Positions 38,168 to 46,654 of a stretch of 64,000 nucleotides of DNA are shown piece after piece. Within the stretch, counting starts at the first letter, position 1. The number at the start of each line of letters is the position of its first letter. The translations under genes and the position numbers were made by a program. The DNA comes from Dehalococcoidia bacterium. Its GTDB lineage: Bacteria; Chloroflexota; Dehalococcoidia; Lucifugimonadales; GCA-2712585. Where the stretch lies: assembly GCA_965207845.1 (NCBI GenBank), contig CBDBNU010000003.1:1385862-1449861 (forward strand), written 5' to 3'. The notes under the pieces were generated by a model. That model was not told the origin of the DNA, did not search any database, and saw nothing but the letters and a program-made list of their open reading frames with translations.

Positions 38168-39410
38168 CAGGACGGACATACTGGACAGCTGGAAGTTGGT
38201 GCGCTTGGGGGATGTGGCAGCCGTTGAAATGGGTCAATCTCCTCCTGGCCAAACAGTAACGGAGTGGAATGGCGGCTTTGTTCACTATGGAGGGCTACCC
38301 TTTATTCAAGGAAATGCAGAATTTGGCAGTAAGACACCTGAACCCTCGAAATGGTGTGCCAAACCAATAAAGATAGCTCATCCAAATGATGTCCTCATCA
38401 GCGTAAGAGCGCCAGTAGGCCAAACCAACAAGGCTGGCGAAATCATTTGTATAGGACGTGGTTTAGCTGCAATCCGATTTGAAGAATCTAGTCAATCATT
38501 CGGTTGGCACACCATTAACCACAGGAAGGCGGCGTTTGAGCGACTTTCACAAGGCACTACGTTTATGGCAATTGGTGGTGATGCTCTTCGTTCTCTCTCT
38601 ATCCTCCTCCCGCCCCTCTCAGAGCAGCGAGCCATTGCCGAGGTGCTGGACTCCATCGACGAGGCGATAGAGGCGACGGAGGCCGTGGTCGCCGCCACCG
38701 AGCAGCTGCGCAACGCCCTGCTTCACCGCCTGCTGTCCCACGGCGTCCCAGGCTGGCATTCCGAGTGGAAGGAAGTCCGCGGCATCGGCACCATCCCCGC
38801 CGACTGGGACGTGGTGCGGCTGGGGGAGGTGGCGGGATTCATTACAAGCGGTTCAAGGGGATGGTCTCGTTATTTTCGTTCAACTGGGGCTTTTTTCGTT
38901 AGAAGCCAAAACATCACAGCCCAAGGGATTGACCGTTCTGATGCAATTTTTGTGGATCCACCCAATGACGGGGAAACTGAGCGGACTCGCATACGTCGCG
39001 GGGACATACTGATATCTATCACCGGAGAACCAGGTAAAGCGACCATAGCAAAGAAAGACATTGGACTGGCTTTTGTGAGCCAACATGTTGCACTTGTGAG
39101 ACTCCATGACCGTCGGTTAAGTTCCTTTGCAAGTAGGTTCTTGCAAGGTCCAAAAGGACACGATCAGTTTAGGAAAATGGCCTACGGTCAAACCAGGCCA
39201 GGCCTAAATTTGTCGAATATTGGCGAAGCTAGAATGGTCCGCCCTTCACTAGCTGAACAACAGGCCATCGCGGAGCTGCTGGACAGCGTTGACGAGGCAA
39301 TTAAACAGGGACGTGCAGAAACGGAAATGCTACAATCACTAAAAGCATCCACCGCAGACGCCTTGCTGACGGGGCGTGTGCGGGTGAAAATGGAGGACTT
39401 CGTTGAATGA
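38136..39410 (+). CDS. hsdS: type I R-M specificity subunit HsdS (two TRDs)
   Basis: 424-aa ORF. Conserved repeats are LPPLSEQRAIAEVLDSIDEAIEATE and PSLAEQQAIAELLDSVDEAIKQG, separated by two AT-richer variable regions. Confidence 0.9.
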   Translation: MRRKGNGIVTSRTDILDSWKLVRLGDVAAVEMGQSPPGQTVTEWNGGFVHYGGLPFIQGNAEFGSKTPEPSKWCAKPIKIAHPNDVLISVRAPVGQTNKAGEIICIGRGLAAIRFEESSQSFGWHTINHRKAAFERLSQGTTFMAIGGDALRSLSILLPPLSEQRAIAEVLDSIDEAIEATEAVVAATEQLRNALLHRLLSHGVPGWHSEWKEVRGIGTIPADWDVVRLGEVAGFITSGSRGWSRYFRSTGAFFVRSQNITAQGIDRSDAIFVDPPNDGETERTRIRRGDILISITGEPGKATIAKKDIGLAFVSQHVALVRLHDRRLSSFASRFLQGPKGHDQFRKMAYGQTRPGLNLSNIGEARMVRPSLAEQQAIAELLDSVDEAIKQGRAETEMLQSLKASTADALLTGRVRVKMEDFVE

Positions 39411-40334
39411 AGATTGAAACAATAGCCGAACAGCTTCTCTTTGCCACACTTCGAATCGAAGCACCCCCTTGGGTTGGAACCGGGTTCATTATGACTCACA
39501 AGTGGGCAGAAGACAAAAAGGGGCCGTTCCTAGTAACCAACAAGCATGTAATTCAAGGAAGTAAGACCGGTAGAATCACATTTACCAAGAAGGATCCATC
39601 TGGCGAGTCCTATAGTCCTTCAATTGGACTGACTAGTGCAGTAAATTTTTCTCAGTCTGATTGGCAGTGGACAGGGCATCCTTCTAGGGACATAGATATC
39701 GCAGTATTGCCTTTGGCCCCTATCACAAGCCATTTGGAGAACATCGGGCACCCTCCATATTTCCGAAGTATACCAACTTCCGCGATTCCAGAAGGCGACG
39801 CGCTTCAAGACTTTGACGTTGTTGAGGAAATCTTGTTTGTGGGTTACCCGAGTGGCGTCTACGATGGAGCGAACAATCTGCCAATCTTCCGAAAAGGCAT
39901 TACCGCCACATGTCTGACTATCGACTATGAGGGAAGACCAATTTTCCTCATCGACGCCTCAGTATTTCCGGGTAGCAGTGGCAGTCCTGTGTTCATTTAT
40001 TCCAAAGGGCAGTTGGACTACAAGAAGGGGAACTTTAAAGGGAGGAAGTCGCTTTTTCTTGCTGGGAATTCTGGGAAGCGCCTATTATCGTAATGAGGAT
40101 GGCTCCCTATCGTATGTTGAGGAAGTTCCGGCAGCAGTCAAACCTGTATTTCGAACCACTCAAATGATTGACCTTGGAGTTGTATATAAGGCGAGGGCCA
40201 TCGTGGAGACAATCGAGCACCTATTGCGCCAACGCGGAGAACTGCCTTTGGACGACGAATCGGTCACACCCACAATCCCACCGCTACCAGCTACAACCTC
40301 CGCATCGCCCCCAATTCCTAGTGTCCACGGGTGA
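39407..40334 (+). pseudogene. trypsin-like (S1/Trypsin_2) serine protease with an apparent 1-nt frameshift
   Basis: Catalytic triad contexts are VTNKHVI, RDIDIAVLPL and PGSSGSPVF. The reading frame switches around 40037-40058 (A3G3 / T5 runs). ORF 39927-40334 continues with FFLLGILGSAYYRNEDG. Confidence 0.7.
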
Positions 40335-40635
40335 TGCAAGGAATGACCTGAAAGGGCCTTACCTGAGAGTGATATTGCACAGCTATAAGCAACCGCTGAA
40401 GGAGAAACCAACTTCCACCCAACTTCCCTTCCCAGTTTACTTCCCGTTGCAAGAATGGACATGACATCCCCACCTGACTCGACAAAAACGACTACAGAGA
40501 AGTCCCTGCACAAGACGAATTTGCAGGCTAAACTCAATTGAAATGTCTCGTAGAACTCGTTTGATGCAATTCAAGGGGATCTGGTTTGTAGCTAGATTAT
40601 CTTCACTCGTAGAATGATGGCTTGAGAGGTCATTC

Positions 40636-41373
40636 ATGTATAAGCAGCATAATCTTTTTGATAGCCCCCCTTCTGATGCAGAGTTGTGGAGATACTTGGA
40701 CTTCACCCGGTTTGTCTCTCTCCTGGACAAACAGGCCATCTTTTTCCCCAGAGCAGACAAGCTAGGAGATCCGTTTGAGGGTTCGTACACCAAGTTTAAT
40801 GTAGCGATTCGCCCGACCATATATAAGGACAAGATTCCGGATCATGCTCTTCAACAAATGTCTGACTTTGTGAGGGAATCTAGAAGATTCACCTTGATCA
40901 GCTGTTGGCATTTGAATGATCACGAATCGGCGGCGATGTGGAAACTTTATTCGAGGGAAAGTGACGGAATCGCGGTCAAGACTACTTTTGGATCATTCAC
41001 CCAGTCCCTTAAAGCAGATGAAGATATCTTCGTTGGAAAGGTGAACTACATAGACTACGAGAATACTTTCATCCGTGAAGATAATCTATTTGCACCATTC
41101 CTATACAAGCGTAAGAGTTTCGAGCACGAACGCGAGGTAAGGGCGATCAGTCAGAAGTTTCCTACGTCTGATGGCAAAACTGATCTGTCTCACGACATCT
41201 ACCACAGTGGAGCTTACTTTGACGTCGATATCTCTCTTTTGATAGAGGGAGTAGTTGTGGCACCTTATGCCGCGGACTGGTTTCTACAACTTGTGCAGTC
41301 CGTTGCAAAAACCTACGGTCTCGACACTCCTGTCTATAGGTCTTCCTTGGCAGAAACCCCTATTTGGAGTTAA
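40636..41373 (+). CDS. DUF2971-domain protein
   Basis: 245-aa ORF. LWRYLDFTRFVSLLDKQAIFFPRADKLGDPFEG matches the DUF2971 N-terminal signature. Confidence 0.75.
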   Translation: MYKQHNLFDSPPSDAELWRYLDFTRFVSLLDKQAIFFPRADKLGDPFEGSYTKFNVAIRPTIYKDKIPDHALQQMSDFVRESRRFTLISCWHLNDHESAAMWKLYSRESDGIAVKTTFGSFTQSLKADEDIFVGKVNYIDYENTFIREDNLFAPFLYKRKSFEHEREVRAISQKFPTSDGKTDLSHDIYHSGAYFDVDISLLIEGVVVAPYAADWFLQLVQSVAKTYGLDTPVYRSSLAETPIWS

Positions 41374-41374
41374 C

Positions 41375-44300
41375 TTGTTGACCTCCCCCTCCAAACTCAA
41401 CGAATACAACCACACCGAAAGGCTCGCCCTTGACCTGCTGATGAAGCTGGGCTGGAACTATGTGCCCAGAAACACCCTGTCATCGGAGCGTGGAGACGAA
41501 CGTCAGGTGCTGTTGAAGGGCCGGCTGAGGTCGGCCCTGCTTCGTCTGAATGAGTGGATGATGGATGAGCAGGAAGCTGGCCGCGTCATCCGTGAACTTG
41601 AACACATCGACGCCCTGGGCATGGCCCGCAACCAGCGCGTCCACGAGTACCTCACCTACGGCATGCCCCTGACCGTCGACCGTTCAGGAAGCCGTCAGAC
41701 ACGCACCGTCCGCTTTTTCGACTTTGACCACCCGGAGGGCGGCCTCAACGAGTTCGTCGTCACCACCCAGTTCCGCGTCCGACGCGGCAACGAGCGCGGC
41801 GGTCCGGAGAACGACGAACGCATGGTCATCCCGGACCTGGTGCTATTCGTCAACGGCATTCCCTTGGTAGTGATGGAGGCCAAGTCCCCCTCCCTGCTGG
41901 ACGTGTGGAAGACCAAGGCCGTTCGTCAGCTGCGCCGTTACCAAGAGACGGGACCCGAGTGGCACGGTAGCGGCGCGCCTGAGCTCTTTCACTACAACTT
42001 GCTATGCGTCGCCCACTGCGGCGCGTCGGCGGCGTATGCCGGGCTGAGGGCACCCGAGAACGCCTACTTTGAGTGGAAGTCCGTCCTCCCATACTCGGAG
42101 GACGAGGTGAAGAAACGCTTTGGCGTCGAACCAAAAGGCCAGGCCCAGCTAATTATTGGCTTGCTGTCGCCCGCCACCCTTCTGGGCATCCTCCGCGACT
42201 ACGTAGTCTACGAGCCGCAAGGGGGCCGTCTCGTCAAAAAGCTGCCCCGCTACCAGCAATACAGGGCCGTCCGCACGGCGCTGGTCCGGATATTGACCGG
42301 GCGAAAGCCGGAGGAGCGGGGTGGCGTCGTCTGGCACACCCAGGGGTCGGGCAAGTCGCTGACAATGCTCTGGCTTGCCACCAAGCTGCGACGGGAGCCT
42401 CGCCTCAGCAGCCCGACCATCGTGGTGGTCACCGACCGCCGGCAGCTTGACCGCCAAATCTCCGACACATTTCAGAGATGCGGCTTCCCCGCGCCGGAGC
42501 AGGCCGCTTCCAGCAAGGATCTGCGACGACTCCTCACCACCGGCGCCGGCCGCACTATCATGACAACCATCCAGAAGTTCGAGGATGCGCTGACCGTCCC
42601 CGGTGGCGAACTCGACGTGCTCAATCCGTCGGAAAACGTCATCGTCATGGTAGACGAGGCCCATCGCACCCAGTTCGGCATCCTCGGCAGTCGCATGTCC
42701 AGGGCGCTGCCCAACGCCGTCCTCGTTGGGTTCACTGGCACGCCCATAGACAAAGGATTCCAGCGCAGCACCATGCGTCGCTTCGGAAGTCTCATCGACT
42801 CATACACCATCCCCCAATCCGTGGCAGACGGCGCTACCGTGCCCATCTTCTACGAGGCGCGGCTGCCGGAGCTAGCCATTGAGGGGCCAGAGACGCTGGA
42901 CAAGCTGTTCGACGCCATGTTCAGCAAAGAATCCCCGGAGGTGCAGCTTCGTCTCCGTCGTAGATACGCCAATAAGGAAACTGTTGCGGAGGCGCAGCGC
43001 CGGATTGAGATGGTTGCCCTCGATATTTCCGAGCATTTCCAGAAACGAGTTCGCCCCAACGGATTCAAAGCCCAGGTAGTCGCGCCCAGCCGGGCGGCGG
43101 CACTGCGGTACGCCGAACGACTGAACAGCTTTGGCTTGCCCGCCTACCCCATCATCACGACAAGCGCCAACGATGGTCCAGAGTTTAAACTGGCCCGGGA
43201 GCTGGACCAGGAGCAGATTACCAACTCCTTCGTCGATCCTGAGGGTGACCCGGAGATACTGGTGGTTGTAGACATGCTCTTGACAGGCTTCGATGCGCCG
43301 GTGGAGCAGGTGTTGTATCTGGACCGTGCGCTGCGAGAGCATGGCCTCCTTCAGGCCATCGCCCGCGTCAACCGGCGGTTCACCCACAATCAGGACGGCG
43401 TGGTCACGGAGAAGCAACATGGCCTGGTGGTGGACTATCACGGCGTGTCCCGCGACCTCGAAGAAGCGCTATCGACCTTCGACTGGCCGGACGTCCAAAA
43501 CACGATGCAAGAGCTGGAGGAGGACCCCGCCATCGTCATCGAGGCGGCGGCAGTACAAGCGGAGTCGCACTTCGGTGGACATGACCTGTCTGACACCTGG
43601 GCGTGCGTAGGCATCTTCGCTGCGGACGCCCACACGGACGGCGATTTCAAGGCCGACCTGTTCGAAAAGTTCAACGCCGATTACCGTCAGTTTTCTGGAC
43701 TAATGGACAGGTTCCTCCCGGATCCCCGCGCCCTCGACTACACCGACAGGCTGGCGCGGCTCACAGAGATTCGCGCCTATGTCCGCGCTCACTTCCTGGG
43801 CGAAGACGCCAGCGTGGACTGGACCGAGATTGGCGCGAAGGTGAAGCGTCTGGTGGATGAGCGCATTAGCGCCAGTGTAAGAGAGTTGATGAGACCGGTG
43901 TCCATTCTGGACCAGGACTTCGACCAGAAGATTGCATCACTTCCCCACGACGAGGCACGGGCTTCACTCATGGAACACGCCATCCGCGCCCGGATTCACG
44001 AAGGACTGGCTACGAATCCCGCATTCTACGAGAAGCTATCGGAGCAGTTGGCGCGCATCATTCAGGACCTACGCAACCGGGTGATTGACTCGGCGGAGGC
44101 TTGCAAGCGATTCTCCGTGGTCCTAAGGGTCATTAAGAGCGAAGCAGAGATCGCCGCCGAACACGGTCTATCGCCGGTGTCCTTCGCAATCTACGAATTA
44201 CTTGACGAGGACCCAACAAAGGTCTCTTCGGGAAGTGTAGGGGAAGTACAAGCTCAATATCGCACGAAATTTGATGAGGAAACCAAGGGCATGGCCCGAA

Positions 44301-44485
44301 AGGTGGAGTCCATAATTGCCCTTCGCACGGGAGTTGTGGACTGGCAGTCCAACGATGAAATCAAGCGGCTCATGCGCCGCGACATCAAGCGAGATCTCAG
44401 GGACACGAAGGAATACACCGAAGAGCAATTGGAGACCCTGGCCGAGAGGATTGTGGCTCTCGCAATCAACAGGAGCAGCCAGTGA
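41375..44485 (+). CDS. hsdR: type I restriction enzyme R subunit HsdR
   Basis: Nuclease motif PDLVLFVNGIPLVVMEAKSP, helicase motifs VWHTQGSGKSLTM and VMVDEAHRTQ, FTGTP. The probable start is TTG 41375/41378. The ORF track start at 41255 overlaps the upstream gene. Confidence 0.9.
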   Translation: MLTSPSKLNEYNHTERLALDLLMKLGWNYVPRNTLSSERGDERQVLLKGRLRSALLRLNEWMMDEQEAGRVIRELEHIDALGMARNQRVHEYLTYGMPLTVDRSGSRQTRTVRFFDFDHPEGGLNEFVVTTQFRVRRGNERGGPENDERMVIPDLVLFVNGIPLVVMEAKSPSLLDVWKTKAVRQLRRYQETGPEWHGSGAPELFHYNLLCVAHCGASAAYAGLRAPENAYFEWKSVLPYSEDEVKKRFGVEPKGQAQLIIGLLSPATLLGILRDYVVYEPQGGRLVKKLPRYQQYRAVRTALVRILTGRKPEERGGVVWHTQGSGKSLTMLWLATKLRREPRLSSPTIVVVTDRRQLDRQISDTFQRCGFPAPEQAASSKDLRRLLTTGAGRTIMTTIQKFEDALTVPGGELDVLNPSENVIVMVDEAHRTQFGILGSRMSRALPNAVLVGFTGTPIDKGFQRSTMRRFGSLIDSYTIPQSVADGATVPIFYEARLPELAIEGPETLDKLFDAMFSKESPEVQLRLRRRYANKETVAEAQRRIEMVALDISEHFQKRVRPNGFKAQVVAPSRAAALRYAERLNSFGLPAYPIITTSANDGPEFKLARELDQEQITNSFVDPEGDPEILVVVDMLLTGFDAPVEQVLYLDRALREHGLLQAIARVNRRFTHNQDGVVTEKQHGLVVDYHGVSRDLEEALSTFDWPDVQNTMQELEEDPAIVIEAAAVQAESHFGGHDLSDTWACVGIFAADAHTDGDFKADLFEKFNADYRQFSGLMDRFLPDPRALDYTDRLARLTEIRAYVRAHFLGEDASVDWTEIGAKVKRLVDERISASVRELMRPVSILDQDFDQKIASLPHDEARASLMEHAIRARIHEGLATNPAFYEKLSEQLARIIQDLRNRVIDSAEACKRFSVVLRVIKSEAEIAAEHGLSPVSFAIYELLDEDPTKVSSGSVGEVQAQYRTKFDEETKGMARKVESIIALRTGVVDWQSNDEIKRLMRRDIKRDLRDTKEYTEEQLETLAERIVALAINRSSQ

Positions 44486-45210
44486 GCGAAAGGGGCAGCG
44501 TCCAATTCGGTGACACGACCATCACCTACGAGGTCCGTCGCAGCAAGAGGCGAAGGAAGACAGTAGAAATTACGGTGGATGGCGGCGGTGTTCAGGTCGC
44601 TGCGCCGGTCTCTACGCCAAACAGCCGGCTAAAGTCGATTGTACGCAAGCGAGCTCCCTGGATTCTAGAAAATGCAACAGAGTCGTTGCTTGAGATCCCT
44701 CCAAAGCGTTTCGTCAGCGGCGAGACGCTACCCTATCTTGGACGCAACGTTCGCATGATTTTCAACCAGGAGGATGTGCGATCTCCTAAAGTCCGCTTTG
44801 ACCACTGGCGGTTTCGCATAACCGTGCCACAAGCCTTGACCGGAGACAAGCGGTACGATGCAATTCGCCGTTGCATCGTCCGATGGTATAGACATCGCGC
44901 CGCCGTGCGGATGCCGGAGGTCGTAGAGCGTTGGGCATCGGTACTAGGGAGTAATGGAAGGTCGCCCGTCCTGATCCGCGACCAGCGTCAGAGGTGGGGA
45001 AGCTGCGCCCCCGACGGCACGTTACGTTTCAACTGGCGCGCCATGATGCTGAAACCCTCCCTCATCGAGTACATAGTCGTCCACGAACTTGCCCATTTGA
45101 CCCACAGGAACCATTCTACCGACTTCTGGAGCCTAATTCGGAAGGTGATGCCTGACATGCAGCAGCGTCGGAGAAGCCTGGGGGATGCAGGCAAGTTGCT
45201 CCCCCTTTAA
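44482..45210 (+). CDS. DUF45 / M48-like (YgjP/SprT-like) zinc metallopeptidase
   Basis: 242-aa ORF overlapping the hsdR stop by 4 nt. VVHELAHLTHRNHSTDFWSL (HExxH...H). Confidence 0.85.
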   Translation: MSERGSVQFGDTTITYEVRRSKRRRKTVEITVDGGGVQVAAPVSTPNSRLKSIVRKRAPWILENATESLLEIPPKRFVSGETLPYLGRNVRMIFNQEDVRSPKVRFDHWRFRITVPQALTGDKRYDAIRRCIVRWYRHRAAVRMPEVVERWASVLGSNGRSPVLIRDQRQRWGSCAPDGTLRFNWRAMMLKPSLIEYIVVHELAHLTHRNHSTDFWSLIRKVMPDMQQRRRSLGDAGKLLPL

Positions 45211-45337
45211 CGCTCATGCACTAGGATAATCATCGTCGCTGAAACCGGCTTCCTGCATCAGAATTGGGCCAATTTTCGAGACCATCACGCGGCCCGCTAG
45301 TTTCGGCACCTTGTCAAACTGACAAAATCAAAATCCC

Positions 45338-46189
45338 CTACCGCCACCACAATCCCAGCGTAAGCACTCGCCGCACCATCCTGAGGCGTTCTGCTCGAAT
45401 TCGTGTCCTTCGCAGCCGCCGTAGCGTCTGCCGGCGCCACGCCAGGTGAGTCTCCCTATCCTCCGCATTCAACGGTGTCATCTCCGGCGGCAACGTCAAT
45501 CCAAACTCCTCAATCAGGGCAATCTCCAGCTCCCATCGTCGTTCTTCGACCTTGGCCCGCTCTACTTGGCCCTTGCCAGCGTTCTCCCCAGTTCGGAGCA
45601 TCCGCCACTCCTTCACCAGCGCCGCAGCGGGACCCAAGGCCTGTGCTTCATCCTCCAGAGGCTCCAGAGAAACAACTCCGGGTTCCGTTCGCCGATTGCT
45701 CGTGCCTGACGGCGCCTTCGCCTTGGGCTCAAACACCAGGCCCTCGACAGAATTCGTCCGCTCGTCCTCGTGCTGTGCTACTTCCAACTTCTCCACACGT
45801 TGAGCCAGTTCCCTCGTCCCTTCCTCCTGCTCGTCCACAACTTGTCGAAGGCTCCTGACCTCTTCCTCCAGCACCTCCACCCGTTTCTCCAACTCCTCAC
45901 TGTCATCAACGGGATCGTCGGCGAATTCATCCGAGAAATCATCCGTCTCTACCATCTGCTCCAGCGCTTCCTTCATGCGCCGGGACAGCTTGCCCGACTC
46001 GATGCTGCCCGCCAGTGTCCTGAAATTCACACCCAACAACTCCGCGGCCTTCACCCGGCCTCGCTGCCGTACCAGTTCCTCCAGCTGCTCCATCAATTGC
46101 GCTTCTTGCATGTTCCTGAACCCATTTCCAGCTTCACCAACTGTTTCCCAACCCCCACAATGTCCATTCCCCAGCCGTTCAACCTGCAA
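45338..46189 (-). CDS. HTH + acidic coiled-coil protein (mobile-element regulator candidate), paralog family A
   Basis: GRVKAAELLGVNFRTLAGSIESGKLSRRMKEALE followed by an E/R-rich coiled coil. Paralogs lie at 62228-62440 (degenerate) and 62856-63503. An internal ATG at 46111 is an alternative start. Confidence 0.55.
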   Translation of the reverse strand: MQVERLGNGHCGGWETVGEAGNGFRNMQEAQLMEQLEELVRQRGRVKAAELLGVNFRTLAGSIESGKLSRRMKEALEQMVETDDFSDEFADDPVDDSEELEKRVEVLEEEVRSLRQVVDEQEEGTRELAQRVEKLEVAQHEDERTNSVEGLVFEPKAKAPSGTSNRRTEPGVVSLEPLEDEAQALGPAAALVKEWRMLRTGENAGKGQVERAKVEERRWELEIALIEEFGLTLPPEMTPLNAEDRETHLAWRRQTLRRLRRTRIRAERLRMVRRVLTLGLWWR

Positions 46190-46654
46190 TTCCTACAATA
46201 CAATATGTGCAACAAAAGTGACACCAGTCCTATAGAGGGCAATCATCAAATTGCTTGCTCCCATGCAGCCGGTTCATGCCTGACTCAGCTACGATATTGC
46301 ACCAATTGCACCATACCCCAAAAGTCCGTTTCCCTGTACATCCCGTTTACATACAAACCGCCGATTTGAAATTGCACTTTCTCTCCATAGGTTGATTTTG
46401 TGGAACAAGACCTGATCCAGCCCGGCGACAAGGGCCGCCCTGCTAATGCAATTCAAAATTCCCCGAAATTGATTCCTCTAATGGGCCTATGTTGCCATTT
46501 GTCCCTTGCAGAACCTGTGTGCATAAGCTACAATCGTACACTTATGCTGTTAGAGCATTCCACCAAAGATAGGAGCACGAAATGATCCTCACCATCACCG
46601 TCAGCAATCCCCCGGACGAAGCAAATACACACATACGAGAAGAAAGAAAACGTC

